Below, one piece after another: positions 28,915 through 39,966 of a stretch of DNA of 64,000 bases; the first letter of the stretch is position 1, and every line of letters begins with the position of its first letter. Under the pieces are notes generated by a model that was not told where the DNA came from, did not search any database, and saw only the letters and a program-made list of their open reading frames with translations. The translations under genes were made by a program, and so were the position numbers. Source of the stretch: Nannocystis bainbridge (GTDB taxonomy: Bacteria > Myxococcota_A > Polyangia > Nannocystales > Nannocystaceae); contig NZ_JAQNDL010000001.1 in the NCBI RefSeq assembly GCF_028368995.1, positions 3,712,001 to 3,776,000 of the forward strand. The letters run 5' to 3'.

Positions 28915-28980
28915 GGCCCACGGCCGCAGGATGAATCCGAGCGGATGCTCGCGGCCTCGTCCGCGAGGCCGCCTGCGACG

Positions 28981-29931
28981 TCATCGCTGCGTCAGACGCA
29001 GCGTGAAGTCCCGCGTGAGCCCAGCGACACCGTCGACCGCGACCTCCCACGTGCATGCCGCAAAGGCCAGCTCCAAGATGTCGCCGTAGCCCAGTGATTT
29101 GTAGTCGTACGACTCGGGCGGGAGCTCCCCTGTGTCGACGCAGTCCACGGGAAAGAGATCGACCCTCCCGCCACCCGCGATGAACTCGACCCGCAATGTT
29201 CCGGCCTGCGCGACCGTGAAACAATAGCTTCGAAGCGTCACGAAGCCGTAATCGCGTGGGCCGAAGGTCGATGCGGCGTTGCAATCGACCCTGTCCGTGA
29301 ATTCCAGCGCCGATCCCTCCCATGTCAGCATATAAGCAGGGTCGCAAGTCTCCGACCAGGAATACTCCTTGAGCCCCGACGCCCGCCAAGCGCTGTCGGC
29401 ATCCTCGATCGAGAGCCCGAAGTGACTGAGGAATGCTTCGCCATATGCCTCGCCGCCGAGGTATCGCGGATCGTTGAAGAACGCCACCAGGGACGCGTCG
29501 CCGTAATTGGCCCGCAGCCATGATGCGAAGTGTCCGGCGATGGCGTAGTCTCCGGGCACGAACTTATCCTCGCCGCGAGGAAAGTCAGCCAGCAAAGCGG
29601 GCCCACGCTCGCTCTCGCTCGGTTCTAGCCGCGCGGAGAACGGGTGCCAGCGGTACCCGGACAACAACTCGGCGAGCCCTTCCTCGAACAACCAGGTGCC
29701 GACCGCCCCGCCACCGCCCTGACTCTGTCGAACAGCATGGACGAGTTCATGGAAGATCGAGCCGCTGGTGGCAAAGACGCCGCTCGCTCGGGTGCAAGCG
29801 TTCCAGGTCCCACAGTTCCCCTCGACCGCGGACGGTCCGTAATGCACGCACGCGAGAGGAGCTTCGACGCCGAGGAACCCGGCGACGCGCTGTATCTGAC
29901 CCTCCATGGCAGCGAGGGTGCCGGCGCAGAG
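28981..29931 (-). pseudogene. 5'-truncated HExxH (gluzincin-like) secreted protein
   Basis: HELVH..EEGLAE motifs; frame continues upstream of ATG 29907 as LCAGTLAA and then loses coding character; no signal peptide; lower GC3. Confidence 0.55.
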
Positions 29932-30332
29932 CCGCCGCGATCCACGGGTTCCTGTTCCTGGACGCCGACCGGCTCGCCGCGGCGCTGGCCAACGAGACCG
30001 TCCCCGGCATGCGCGGTGCCCTCGTCAGCGCGGCGCTCGGCGTGGCCCTCGACGACATCGGCGAGGTCGGCCGGCTCGCCCGCGCCGCCTTCGCCGCCGG
30101 TGGCCCCGAGGCGCTGGCAGCCATCAACGCGGCGCTGCAGTACAACTGGCAGTTCCTGGTCGAGGAGTTCGGCGCGGCCAGCGACGACGCGCATCTGCGC
30201 GAGCAACTCGAGGGCTTCATCACCGAGGGCCTCGCGCCGCCGGCGGTCGACGAGCACGGTGAGCCGCCCGACATGTACGGCGACACGTACGGCCACGAGG
30301 ACCTCGAGAAAGCGGAAGACGACGATGCCTGA
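29932..30332 (+). pseudogene. 5'-truncated helical hypothetical protein
   Basis: Coding-like frame AAIHGFLFLDADRL..EDDDA with strong GC3 starts abruptly at about 29932 without a start codon or RBS. Confidence 0.55.
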
Positions 30333-30864
30333 AGTTCGCCTGATCCCCGACCCAACCCTCGCGCGCGCCGAGATCGTCGCCCGCCTGCGCGCCCTCGGCC
30401 TCACGCTCGAGGAGGAGGCGACGCGGAAGCACACTCGCACCCGCACGATCTGGATGCGCGGCGACGCGGCGAGCGTGCGGCTGGTCGATCATCACATCGT
30501 CGGTGAGCGCCTCGCCGTCGTCGACGGGGACATGCATGACGACATCGTCCAGGCGCTTGCGCCCGTCGACCGCGCGACGCTGCTGGCCACGATCGCCGAC
30601 CCGACGACGATCGCCGCAATGCCGGCGCTGCGCCGCCTGTGCCTGCTCGAACACCACGACCCCTCGCCCGAGCTGCGCGTGCTGCTGGCTCGCGCTCTGC
30701 AAGCGCCGCTGCTGCTGCTGCGCACCTCGGCGATGGCCGCCGCGCTGTGCCTCGCGCCCCCGCACGCCCTGTGGGCCCTCGAGCTGGCGGCCAGCCACGA
30801 GCCGGTCGCCGGGCTGCGCGAACGATACAGCCGGTCGATCGCGTACCACGGCACGCTGGCGTGA
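30325..30864 (+). CDS. Hypothetical protein, helical HEAT-like C-terminus
   Basis: ATG overlaps the end of the upstream frame; MPEVRLIPDP.. 179 aa with GC3 bias. Confidence 0.7.
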   Translation: MPEVRLIPDPTLARAEIVARLRALGLTLEEEATRKHTRTRTIWMRGDAASVRLVDHHIVGERLAVVDGDMHDDIVQALAPVDRATLLATIADPTTIAAMPALRRLCLLEHHDPSPELRVLLARALQAPLLLLRTSAMAAALCLAPPHALWALELAASHEPVAGLRERYSRSIAYHGTLA

Positions 30865-31105
30865 TACGTACCGGTCCGACGGCGCAAACATCGTCTGGCC
30901 TACCGCTCGCGCCGATGCGTTCCAGAACGCTTCGTATTCGACCTCCTGCAGATTCTAAATGCAGGCTTCAGATCGGCGTGACTCGTCGGATTACATCGGA
31001 GCGACCGGGCCGTGATTCAGATCCAGGTGAGCTTCAAACCTCGCCGGAGCACGCAGCGAGCCGCGGACGCGCCCACGACTCCTCGCATCGTCTCGACGAT
31101 CGCGG

Positions 31106-31531
31106 TCACACCGCGATGTCGAGCATCGGCGTCTCTTCGATCGCCGTATTGGCCACGCGGATCGCCAGGCCTGACATTGCGGCCAGGTCGCCGGCCACGT
31201 CGACCATGTCTTCGTCGCCCGGGTCGACGTACCAGGTCGCACGGACTGCAGCGCCGCGGAGGGTCCATTTCTTCAGGCGGCGCAGCAGCGCCACCAGCTG
31301 CGGACGCGTCGCCGCGTTGAAGTACGTCAGGCGCAGCTCGAGCACCACCGACGCCGGGGGCATCACGATCAGCGCGTCGAGCCACAGGATCAGCGGCGCG
31401 TAGAACAGCGCTGCCTCTTCGGGGTGGCTCTCGCCCTCGAGGCGTAGAAGCCCCAACTCGCCGTCGAAGTCGACACGCGGGGTGGGATTGCTCCCGACCT
31501 GGGCTGGCATGTAAAGGCGTTCTGCGAGCAA
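31106..31531 (-). CDS. SiaC-like / DUF1987 protein
   Basis: TPRVDFD..GESHPE..FYAPLILWL..LTYFN..WYVDPGDEDM; AGGAGG RBS before TTG at 31531. Confidence 0.8.
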   Translation of the reverse strand: MLAERLYMPAQVGSNPTPRVDFDGELGLLRLEGESHPEEAALFYAPLILWLDALIVMPPASVVLELRLTYFNAATRPQLVALLRRLKKWTLRGAAVRATWYVDPGDEDMVDVAGDLAAMSGLAIRVANTAIEETPMLDIAV

Positions 31532-31713
31532 AAGACCCCTCCTTCGCGCCACCATCTCCGATCGCCCAGCTCGGGGCAAGAGCCCCCAACCGAGGGGTTC
31601 CCCGCCTCCAAATCTGCGGAAGTGCGCCTACGGAGGCGCGCCTGCGCGCGCGGGCCCGCCAGCCGCCGGCGTGGACCGACGGTGTACCTTCGGCATGGAC
31701 CCAGGAGCACGTG

Positions 31714-33273
31714 ATGAGCGAAGAGCGGACGTATCTCGAGCTTTCCGAGGAGGGCGGCGGCTCGCACAAGTTTTACGAGGTCGTGGTCAACGGCAAGCAG
31801 GTCGACATCCGCTACGGGCGGATCGGCGACGCCGGGCAGGCCCAGAGCAAGAGCTACGCGACCCCGGCCGAGGCTTTGAAGGAGGCTCAAAAGGCCATTC
31901 AGGGCAAGCTCAAGAAGGGCTACGCGCAGGCGGTCCAGGGCGTCCGCAAGAAGCGCGCGACGACCGAGCGGCCGGTCGCCACCACCAAGGCCGCCAAGGC
32001 CGGCACCACCCGGGCCCCGGTGCTGTGGCGCTACGACAGCGGCGACCGGGCCTTCGGCGTGTTCGTCGACGACGAGCTCTGCTGGGTCGGCGACGACGAC
32101 GGCCAGATCTCCGCGCTCGACCACGAGGGCAAGGTCGTGCGGCGCATGAAGGTCCCCGAGGGCGTCATGAGCCTCGTGCGCGACGATCAATGGCTGTACT
32201 GCGGCTGCCAGGACGGCAAGGTCTACGACCTCAGCGGCAGCCAGCCGTTCGAGGCCTACGAGATCAGCGAAGACGTCAACATCCTCTGGCTCGACATCCA
32301 CGACGGTTCGCTCGCCGTCAGCAGCAACGACGGCCAGGTCACCGTGCTCGACCACGACTGCGACAAGCTGTGGGCCAAGAAGAGCTACGGCCACGGCGGC
32401 TGGATGGTCCGCTGCGACGGCGCCGGCATCTACCACGGCCACGCCGACGGCATCACCGCTTACGACTGGAGCGGCAAGAAGCTGTGGGCCAAGAAGACCG
32501 AGGGCAGCGTCCTGTTCGGCTGGCAGGAGGACACCGAGGTCTACGCCGGCACCAGCTCCGACCACGTCGAGGTGTTCACCAAGGCCGGCGTCCAGGGCCG
32601 GCGCTACAAGTGCGACGACAGCGTCTTCTCCTGCGCCGCCGCGCCCGGCGGCAAGTACGTGTTCGCCGGCGACAACGCCTCCTCCGTCTATTGCTTCGAC
32701 CGCGCCGGCGCTCGCCTGTGGAAGCTCGACACCACCTGCGGCTCGGCGCTGTCGATGCAGTACCACGCCGACAAGCTCTACATCGTCACCGGCGACGGCG
32801 CCTTCGCTTGCATCGACGTCAGCGAGGCCGCGATCGCCCAGGCGCGCGAGGGCAAGGTCCCTGACCTCAAGCTCGTCAAGGCCGAGCGCAGCGTCCAGGT
32901 CGCCACCGTCGGCCAGGCGCTGCCGCAGGCCGCCGCCGGGGCCGCCGGCGTGCTCGTCGAGTGCGTCGACGAGGGCGGCAAGATCCGCGTGCGGCCGCTG
33001 TCGCCCGGCTTCGACGCCGAGTTCAACGTCCAGTTCCCGCGCGACATCCGGACCCCCGGCACGCGTTACCTGGTCGACGGCCTCGAGCTCTCGGGCAGCG
33101 GCGGCTTCTACCGCGTGCGCGGCCAGATCCGCATCGCGCCCGCGGCTGCCGGCGAGGCGGCTGGTCCGGTCGTCGCCAAGAAGGCCGCCAAGAAGGTCGC
33201 CGCGGACGCGCCGGCCAAGAAGGTCAGCAAGGCCGCGCCGGCCAAGAAGACCGCCAAGAAGGTCCGCGCCTGA
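31714..33273 (+). CDS. WGR domain protein with beta-propeller and Lys/Ala-rich tail
   Basis: YLELSE..SHKFYEV..RYGRIG..KLKKGY WGR domain; propeller-like repeats; AKK tail; AGGAG RBS. Confidence 0.88.
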   Translation: MSEERTYLELSEEGGGSHKFYEVVVNGKQVDIRYGRIGDAGQAQSKSYATPAEALKEAQKAIQGKLKKGYAQAVQGVRKKRATTERPVATTKAAKAGTTRAPVLWRYDSGDRAFGVFVDDELCWVGDDDGQISALDHEGKVVRRMKVPEGVMSLVRDDQWLYCGCQDGKVYDLSGSQPFEAYEISEDVNILWLDIHDGSLAVSSNDGQVTVLDHDCDKLWAKKSYGHGGWMVRCDGAGIYHGHADGITAYDWSGKKLWAKKTEGSVLFGWQEDTEVYAGTSSDHVEVFTKAGVQGRRYKCDDSVFSCAAAPGGKYVFAGDNASSVYCFDRAGARLWKLDTTCGSALSMQYHADKLYIVTGDGAFACIDVSEAAIAQAREGKVPDLKLVKAERSVQVATVGQALPQAAAGAAGVLVECVDEGGKIRVRPLSPGFDAEFNVQFPRDIRTPGTRYLVDGLELSGSGGFYRVRGQIRIAPAAAGEAAGPVVAKKAAKKVAADAPAKKVSKAAPAKKTAKKVRA

Positions 33274-33401
33274 GCGCGTGCGCGTCGCGTTCAGTCGCGG
33301 CGCGCCTCCTCGCGGCCACGCGAAGCGAGACAGCCGTGCCCGAGCGATGCGAGGGCACGTCGCACTCGGCCGTGCACCGCCTCTCGAGGCCCTCGTATCG
33401 C

Positions 33402-33461
33402 GCGGGTGTCCGGGTCCGGACACCCGCCCGTCGCCCATTTTAAAACATGTCCCGAAGGACA
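33402..33461. repeat. 12-bp-arm hairpin plus a TGTC-N6-GACA site
   Basis: GCGGGTGTCCGG-GT-CCGGACACCCGC (33402-33427); TGTCCCGAAGGACA at 33448. Confidence 0.7.
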
Positions 33462-33564
33462 TTTCATTCTCGCCTCACGCGCCCGCGCCTGCGTGCGTGA
33501 GCGCCGGCCCGGCGGCGGGCGCGACGGCTCGCGCGTGGGGGCGCCCCGGTATACTCGCGGCGCA

Positions 33565-34458
33565 GTGGCGGCCTTCGGCTACATCTTGCTGTGCCTGATC
33601 TGGGGCTCGACCTGGCTGGCGATCAAGCTCGGCGTCGACGCTGGCATGCCGCCGCTGCTCGGCGCCTCGCTGCGGTTCGCCATCGCTGCCGCCCTGCTGC
33701 TGCCGGCCGCGCGCGTCCTGGCCCCGGCCGCCTTCCGCGACCGCACCGCCTGGCGGCTCGCGCTCCTGGTCGGCCTGCTCAGCTTCGGCTTCGGCTACGG
33801 CTGCACTTACATCGCCGCGCTGTGGATCCCCTCCGGCCTCGGCTCCTTGACCTTCGGCTTCTTCCCGTTCTGGGTCGCCGTCCTCGCTCACTTCATCCTC
33901 AAGGAGCGGCTCACCCTCGCCAAGCTGCTCGCCATCGGCCTCGGCTTCTCCGGCCTCGCCCTGCTCTCGTACGGCAGCCTGCGCGAGCTCGGGGCCGACA
34001 CCGCGCTCGGCGTCGGCATCGTCACCTGCTCCGTGCTCGTGCAGGGCTTCCCACAGGTCATGATCAAGCGCGACGGCAAGGACGTGCCGACCGTGTTCCT
34101 CAGCGGCGCCGGCATGCTGATCGGCAGCATCGTGCTCGCGCTGGTGGCCGGGCTCGCCGGCGAGTGGTCGCGGCCGTTTCCGTGGACGCCGCCCGTCGTG
34201 CTCTCGGTCGGCTACCTCGCGCTGATGGGCTCGATCGTCACCTTCATGATCTACTACGGCCTGCTGAAGCGGCTGAGCGCCACCCTCATGGCCCTCGTCG
34301 CCCTCATCACCCCGCCGATCGCCGTGGTCCTCGGCAGCATCTACCGCGACGAGAAGCTCGGCGCCCTCACCCTCACCGGCGGGGCGATCGTGCTCGTCGG
34401 CGTCGGCCTGTTCCAGCTCGAGGAGCGCCGCGTCACTCGCCTGCGCCGCGGCGCCTGA
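33565..34458 (+). CDS. DMT/EamA family transporter
   Basis: LIWGSTWLAIK, LRF, YLALMGS; about 10 TM helices; GTG start inferred. Confidence 0.9.
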   Translation: MAAFGYILLCLIWGSTWLAIKLGVDAGMPPLLGASLRFAIAAALLLPAARVLAPAAFRDRTAWRLALLVGLLSFGFGYGCTYIAALWIPSGLGSLTFGFFPFWVAVLAHFILKERLTLAKLLAIGLGFSGLALLSYGSLRELGADTALGVGIVTCSVLVQGFPQVMIKRDGKDVPTVFLSGAGMLIGSIVLALVAGLAGEWSRPFPWTPPVVLSVGYLALMGSIVTFMIYYGLLKRLSATLMALVALITPPIAVVLGSIYRDEKLGALTLTGGAIVLVGVGLFQLEERRVTRLRRGA

Positions 34459-34643
34459 GCGGCGATTCGCGGTCCTTCGCGCCACGGACATCCTCGCCGG
34501 GCCCCGCGCGCGCACCCATTCGCCGACGGCCTGAGCCCATCGTTCGGGCCGCGAATCACCGCCCTGTCGCCGGGCGTCCCCACGTCCCTCGCCGCTCCGT
34601 CCGTCTTCACAGCGCGAGCGCGGACGCGATACATTGGCGGTCT

Positions 34644-35378
34644 ATGGAATCTTCGGCCTATCGCAGCCTCGCCTTTTTGTTCTCGCTCGGGAGCTTGCCG
34701 GTCGCCTGCAACCCCAAGGGCGGTGCCACCACCGACGGCGGCACCGGCGGCACCGACCCGACGACCGGAACCACCGACGGCACCGGCAGCAGCGCGACCG
34801 ACGGCGCGACCACCGAGCCGACCACCGGGCCGACGACCACCGACCCGGGCGGCACCACCGACACCGGCGACACCACCGACACCGGGAGCGCCGACGAAGC
34901 CTGCCAGGCCTATGTCGCTTACCTGCTCAGGTGCGAGCCCGGGCTCGAGCCGATGATGGACGCGTACCTCGCCTACTGCTCGATGACCCGGAGCCGGACC
35001 GAGGCCGTGTACGGTCCGGCCTGCCTCGCCCTGTACGACGCCGCCTTCGTGTGCCTGGGGACCAGCGAGTGCGAGGATCCATCCGCCTGCGAGGCCGAGT
35101 GGGACGCCGCCGACGGCTGCCTGCCGGAGGCCGGCGCGATCTGCGTCGCGTTCGCCGCCAAGGAGGCCGAGTGTTACGGCACGCCTGTGCCCGACTACGC
35201 CGCCGGCGCGTGTCAGGCCTATCTCAACTACCAGGCTTACGCCTACGGCACCGCGTGCGGCACCGCCTACGACGAGTGGTACGCCTGCCTCACCGAGCTG
35301 CCGTGCCTCGAGTTCCAGATGCGCGCCGGCTGTGACGCGCAGCAGGACCAGATCGCCCTCGCCTGCGGCGGCGCGTAG
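34644..35378 (+). CDS. Cys-rich lipoprotein with Thr/Gly linker and two internal helical repeats
   Basis: PVAC lipobox; repeats C.AY..C..C..YG.AC..YD..CL..C. Confidence 0.8.
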   Translation: MESSAYRSLAFLFSLGSLPVACNPKGGATTDGGTGGTDPTTGTTDGTGSSATDGATTEPTTGPTTTDPGGTTDTGDTTDTGSADEACQAYVAYLLRCEPGLEPMMDAYLAYCSMTRSRTEAVYGPACLALYDAAFVCLGTSECEDPSACEAEWDAADGCLPEAGAICVAFAAKEAECYGTPVPDYAAGACQAYLNYQAYAYGTACGTAYDEWYACLTELPCLEFQMRAGCDAQQDQIALACGGA

Positions 35379-35386
35379 CCGCTGGC

Positions 35387-35456
35387 GGTCCCTGAGGACA
35401 TGTCCATCAGGACATGCCCATCAGGACATGCCTCTCAGACCATGTCCGAAGGTTCC
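35387..35456. repeat. Five phased 14-bp units of the TGTC-N6-GACA motif
   Basis: GGTCcctgagGACA TGTCcatcagGACA TGCCcatcagGACA TGCCtctcagACCA TGTCcgaagg. Confidence 0.85.
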
Positions 35457-38400
35457 TTCACCGGCGCCGGCACCTGCGCCACCGTGCGCGGCGGCGGGTC
35501 GCGGCGGGCGACCACCACGTAGAACACCGGGACCAGGGCGATGCCGAGGATCGTGCCGGTGGTGACGCCGCCGAGCACCGCCACGCCGATGGCGTTCTGC
35601 GCCCCCGCGCCCGCGCCGGCCGACAGCGCCAGCGGCAGGACGCCGAGGCCGAACGCCAGCGAGGTCATCAAGATCGGTCGCAGGCGCTCGCGGGCGGCCT
35701 CGAGCGCGGCCTCGACCCCGCTCTTGCCGTGCTCGCGCAGCTCCTTGGCGAACTCGACGATGAGGATCGCGTTCTTGGCCGACAGGCCGATCGTCGTCAG
35801 CAGGCCGACCTGGAAGTAGACGTCGTTGGCGAACCCGAAGATGAGGGTCGTCGACACCGCGCCGGCGACCCCGAGCGGGACGCCGAGCAGCACGGCGATG
35901 GGGATCGACCAGCTCTCGTACAGCGCGGCGAGGCACAGGAACACGACCAGCAGCGACAACGCGTAGAGCATCATCGCCCCGGCGCCCGACATCCGCTCCT
36001 CGTACGACAGGCCCGACCACTCGTGGCCGACGCCGTTCGGCATCTGCGTCATCAGCCGCTCGAGCGTCTCCATCGCGTCGCCCGAGCTGAAGCCCGGGGC
36101 CGGCTCGCCCTGGATGAGGATCGTCGGGTAGCCGCCGAAGCGGTCGAGCTTGGGCGAGCCGAAGGTCCAGTTGCCGCTGGCGAACGCCGAGAACGGCACC
36201 ATCTCGCCGGTCCTGTTGCGCACGTACCAGCGGTTGATGTCGTCGGGCTGCATGCGGTACGGCGCGTCGCCCTGCAGGTACACCCGCTTGGTCCGCCCGA
36301 GGTCGAGGAAATCATTGACGTAGATGCCGCCCCAGGTGGCCGCCAGCGTCGCGTTGATGTCGGACAGGGCCACGCCGAGCGCCGCCGCCTTCTCGCGGTC
36401 GACCTCGATGCGGTACTGCGGCGTGTCGTCGAGCCCGCCCTGACGCACCTTGGTCAGCGACGGCTCCTTCATCGCCAGCTCGAGCAGCCCGTCGCGCGCG
36501 GCGATCAGCGCCTCGTGCCCGAGCCCCGCGCGGTCCTGCAGCTGCAGCTGGAAGCCGGTCGCGTTGCCGAGCTCGGAGATCGCCGGCGGCACGAACGCGA
36601 ACACCGTCGCCTCCTTGATCTTGCTGAAGGCCATCGTCGCGCGCTTGGTGACCGCGCTGGCCTTGAGCTCCGGCGCCTCGCGGTCCTTCCAGTCGCGCAG
36701 GCGGATGAACGCGAGCCCCGAGTTCTGCCCGCGACCGCTGAAGCCGAACCCGGAGATCGAAAGCACCGACTCGACCGCGTCGCCCTCCTGCTGCAGGAAG
36801 TAGTCGCCGAGCTGGGCCATGACCACGCGGGTGCGCTCCATCGTCGACCCCGGCGGCAGCAGCACCTGCACGGTGATCGAGCCCTGGTCCTCCTCGGGCA
36901 AGAAGCCGGTCGGCATGCGCATGAACCCGACCGCGACCCCGGCCGTCAGCGCCAGGAACACCAGCATCGAGGTCTTGCGCCAGCGCAGCAGCCCGGCGAC
37001 GCCGCGGTGGTAGAGGTTCGCCGTGCGCTCGTAGCCGCGGTTGAACAGGCCGAAGAACCCGCGCGTGGCCAGCCCGTGCCCGGGCTTGAGCAGCGTGGCG
37101 CACAGCGCCGGCGTCAGGATCATCGCCACCGCGACCGACAGCGCCATCGAGGCCACGATCGTGATCGAGAACTGGCGGTAGATCGTGCCGACCGAGCCGG
37201 CGAAGAACGCCATCGGGATGAACACGGTCGCCAGCACCAGCGCGATGCCGATCAGCGCCCCCGTGATCTGGTCCATCGACCGCCGGGTCGCCTCGCGCGG
37301 CTCGAGCCCGGTCTCGTGCATGATGCGCTCGACGTTCTCGACCACCACGATCGCGTCGTCGACCAGCAGGCCGATCGCCAGCACCATGCCGAACATCGTC
37401 AGGGTGTTGATGCTGTAGCCGAACGCCGCCAGCACCCCGAACGTGCCCATCAGCACCACCGGGACCGCCAGCGTCGGGATCAGCGTGGCGCGGAAGCTCT
37501 GCAGGAACAGATACATCACCGCGAACACCAGCACGATCGCCTCGACCAGGGTCTTGATGACCTCCTTGATCGAGATCTTGACGAACGGGGTGGTGTCGAC
37601 CGGATAGACCGTCTTGAGCCCGGGCGGGAAGAACGCTTCGAGCTCGACCAGGCGGGCCCGGATCGCGTCGGCGGTGTTGAGCGCGTTGGCCCCGACGGCC
37701 AGGCGGATGCCCATCGCCGCCGTCGGCTTGCCGTTATAAAAGCTCTCGACGTCGAAGCTCTCGCCCGCGAGCTCGACGCGGGCCACGTCGCGCAGCCGCA
37801 CCTGCGAGCCGTCGGGGTTGACGCGCAAGTAGATCGCCGCGAACTCCTCCGCCGTCTGCAGCCGCGTCTGCGCCGTGATCGTCGCGTTGAGCTGCTGGCC
37901 CTTGACCTGCGGCAGGCCGCCGAACTGCCCGGCCGAGACCTGCGCGTTCTGGGCCTGGATCGCCGCGACCACGTCGAGCGGCGTCATCTTGTACGAGATG
38001 AGCTTGTCGGGGTTCATCCACACCCGCATCGCGTACTGCGAGCCGAACGCCTGCACGTCGCCGACGCCCGGCACGCGGCTGACCGGGTCCTGCAGCGCCG
38101 ACACCACGTAGTCGGCGATGTCGTTGCGGGTCATGCTGCCGTCCATCGACACGAAGCCGGCGATCATCAGGAAGTTGCTGGCCGACTTGACGACGCGCAC
38201 GCCCTGGCGCTGGACCTCTTGCGGCAGCTGCGGCATCGCCAGCTGCAGCTTGTTCTGCACCTGGACCTGGGCGATGTCGGGATCGGTGCCCGGCTCGAAG
38301 GTCAACGTCAACTGGGCCGAGCCGGTGCCGTCGCTCGACGACGACACGAACCGCAGCCCGTCGAGCCCGACCATACGCTGCTCGATCACCTGCGTGACCG

Positions 38401-38578
38401 TGTCCTCGAGCGTCTTGGCCGAGCCACCCGGATAACTCGCGCTGACCGAGATCGTCGGCGGCGCGATCGCGGGGTACTGCGCGATCGGCAGCGACACGAT
38501 CGCCAGCCCGCCCACCAGCACGACGATGATCGCCAGGACGATGGCGAAGATCGGTCGATCGATGAAGAACCTCGACAC
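35435..38578 (-). CDS. acrB: RND multidrug efflux permease (AcrB/MexB type)
   Basis: [50 protein letters not shown]; 1047 aa. Confidence 0.95.
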   Translation of the reverse strand: MSRFFIDRPIFAIVLAIIVVLVGGLAIVSLPIAQYPAIAPPTISVSASYPGGSAKTLEDTVTQVIEQRMVGLDGLRFVSSSSDGTGSAQLTLTFEPGTDPDIAQVQVQNKLQLAMPQLPQEVQRQGVRVVKSASNFLMIAGFVSMDGSMTRNDIADYVVSALQDPVSRVPGVGDVQAFGSQYAMRVWMNPDKLISYKMTPLDVVAAIQAQNAQVSAGQFGGLPQVKGQQLNATITAQTRLQTAEEFAAIYLRVNPDGSQVRLRDVARVELAGESFDVESFYNGKPTAAMGIRLAVGANALNTADAIRARLVELEAFFPPGLKTVYPVDTTPFVKISIKEVIKTLVEAIVLVFAVMYLFLQSFRATLIPTLAVPVVLMGTFGVLAAFGYSINTLTMFGMVLAIGLLVDDAIVVVENVERIMHETGLEPREATRRSMDQITGALIGIALVLATVFIPMAFFAGSVGTIYRQFSITIVASMALSVAVAMILTPALCATLLKPGHGLATRGFFGLFNRGYERTANLYHRGVAGLLRWRKTSMLVFLALTAGVAVGFMRMPTGFLPEEDQGSITVQVLLPPGSTMERTRVVMAQLGDYFLQQEGDAVESVLSISGFGFSGRGQNSGLAFIRLRDWKDREAPELKASAVTKRATMAFSKIKEATVFAFVPPAISELGNATGFQLQLQDRAGLGHEALIAARDGLLELAMKEPSLTKVRQGGLDDTPQYRIEVDREKAAALGVALSDINATLAATWGGIYVNDFLDLGRTKRVYLQGDAPYRMQPDDINRWYVRNRTGEMVPFSAFASGNWTFGSPKLDRFGGYPTILIQGEPAPGFSSGDAMETLERLMTQMPNGVGHEWSGLSYEERMSGAGAMMLYALSLLVVFLCLAALYESWSIPIAVLLGVPLGVAGAVSTTLIFGFANDVYFQVGLLTTIGLSAKNAILIVEFAKELREHGKSGVEAALEAARERLRPILMTSLAFGLGVLPLALSAGAGAGAQNAIGVAVLGGVTTGTILGIALVPVFYVVVARRDPPPRTVAQVPAPVKEPSDMV

Positions 38579-38590
38579 GCGCGACTCCTG

Positions 38591-39871
38591 TTATTGCCTG
38601 GCCGCCTCGGCCTTGCCTTCGCCGGCGGCGGGCGCCGCCTCGGCCTTGCCCTCGCTCGCGGCGGCGGCGGGTGGGTTCTCGGCCTTGCCGTCGCCGGCTG
38701 CGACCGCCTCGGGCGGCTTGTCGCCCGGGGCGGGCGCTTCGTCGGGCGCGGCGGCCACGGTCGTGACCTGCGCGCCCGGGCGGATCTTCTGCAGCCCGTC
38801 GACGATCACCTGCTCGCCGGCGAACAGCCCCGAGGTCACGCGCCAGGCGTTGCCGACCACGCGATCGGCGACCAGCTTGCGCCGCTCGACCTTGTTCTCG
38901 GCGCCGACCACCATCGCCCACGCCTGCCCGCGGGTGTCGCGGGTCACCGCCCGCTGCGGCACCAGCAGCGCCGCCGGGTCCTCGCCCTGGTCGACGCGGG
39001 CCCGCACGAACATGCCTGGCAGCAGCTCGCCGCGCGGGTTGGGGAACACCGCGCGCAGCACCACCGAGCCGGTGCCCGGCTCGACCGTCACGTCGGTGAA
39101 CTCGAGCGTGCCCGTCTCCGAATATTTGCTGCCGTCCTCGAGCAGCAACGTGACCGTCGCCGCCTCCCCGGCCGGGCGCAGCGCGTCGCTCTCGAGCTCG
39201 CGGCGCAGCCGCTGCAGCTCGGTCGTCGACTGCGTCACGTCGACGTAGACCTTGTCGATCTGCTGGATGGTCGCCATCAGCGTCGCCGGCGACTGCTGCA
39301 CGTAGGCGCCCTCCGTCACCGCCGAGCGGCCGATCCGTCCGCTCACCGGCGCGGTCACGCTGGTGTAGCCGAGGTTGATCTGGGCCGACTGCACCGCCGC
39401 CTTGTTGGCCGCGATGTCGGCCTCGATCGACTGCAGCGACGCCGCCGAGCGCTCCGCCGTCTCGGCGCTGACCGCCCCGGCGCTGGCCATCAGCTCCTCG
39501 TCGCGCTGGGCGATGTCTCGCGCCGAGTTCAGCCCCGACTGGGCCCGCCGCAGGCTGGCCTTCGCCGACTTCAGGCTGGCCTGATACGGCGCCGCCTCGA
39601 TGCGGTAGAGCGCCTGGCCCTCCTTCACCTCGCTGCCCTCTTCGAACAGCCGCTTCTCGACCACGCCGCTGACGCGCGCCCGCACCTCGGCGACCCGCAG
39701 CGCTGAAACCCGCCCCGGCAATTCGCGGGTCAGGGTCACGGGGGTGGGCGCCAGCGTCAGCACCCCGACCTCGACCGGCCCCGGGGCCGACTTCGGGGCC
39801 GCTGCCGACCCGGGCGAGCCACAGGCCACGAGCGCGAGCAACACCAGGGGAAAGAGCCGGGACGCGAGCAT
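38591..39871 (-). CDS. acrA: RND periplasmic adaptor lipoprotein (AcrA/MexA type)
   Basis: LVAC lipobox, AEVRARVSG, TAPVSGRIG, LLPGMFVR. Confidence 0.92.
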   Translation of the reverse strand: MLASRLFPLVLLALVACGSPGSAAAPKSAPGPVEVGVLTLAPTPVTLTRELPGRVSALRVAEVRARVSGVVEKRLFEEGSEVKEGQALYRIEAAPYQASLKSAKASLRRAQSGLNSARDIAQRDEELMASAGAVSAETAERSAASLQSIEADIAANKAAVQSAQINLGYTSVTAPVSGRIGRSAVTEGAYVQQSPATLMATIQQIDKVYVDVTQSTTELQRLRRELESDALRPAGEAATVTLLLEDGSKYSETGTLEFTDVTVEPGTGSVVLRAVFPNPRGELLPGMFVRARVDQGEDPAALLVPQRAVTRDTRGQAWAMVVGAENKVERRKLVADRVVGNAWRVTSGLFAGEQVIVDGLQKIRPGAQVTTVAAAPDEAPAPGDKPPEAVAAGDGKAENPPAAAASEGKAEAAPAAGEGKAEAARQ

Positions 39872-39926
39872 GGAGCGAAATTGCGCGGCGTCGACCGCGA
39901 CCGCACAAACAATGCTCTGCGGGTGC

Positions 39927-39958
39927 TTGACGGTCAAGACTGTACCGTTCAGTTTAAT
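39927..39958. promoter_or_regulatory. Candidate TetR operator and promoter between divergent acrA and tetR
   Basis: Imperfect palindrome ACTGTACCGTTCAGT (39939-39953) next to TTGACG. Confidence 0.55.
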
Positions 39959-39966
39959 CCCGTCGG

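Noticed and set aside
35396-35419. GGACATGTCC matches the p53 half-site RRRCATGYYY
   Set aside because: Coincidental junction of two abutting units in a bacterial genome
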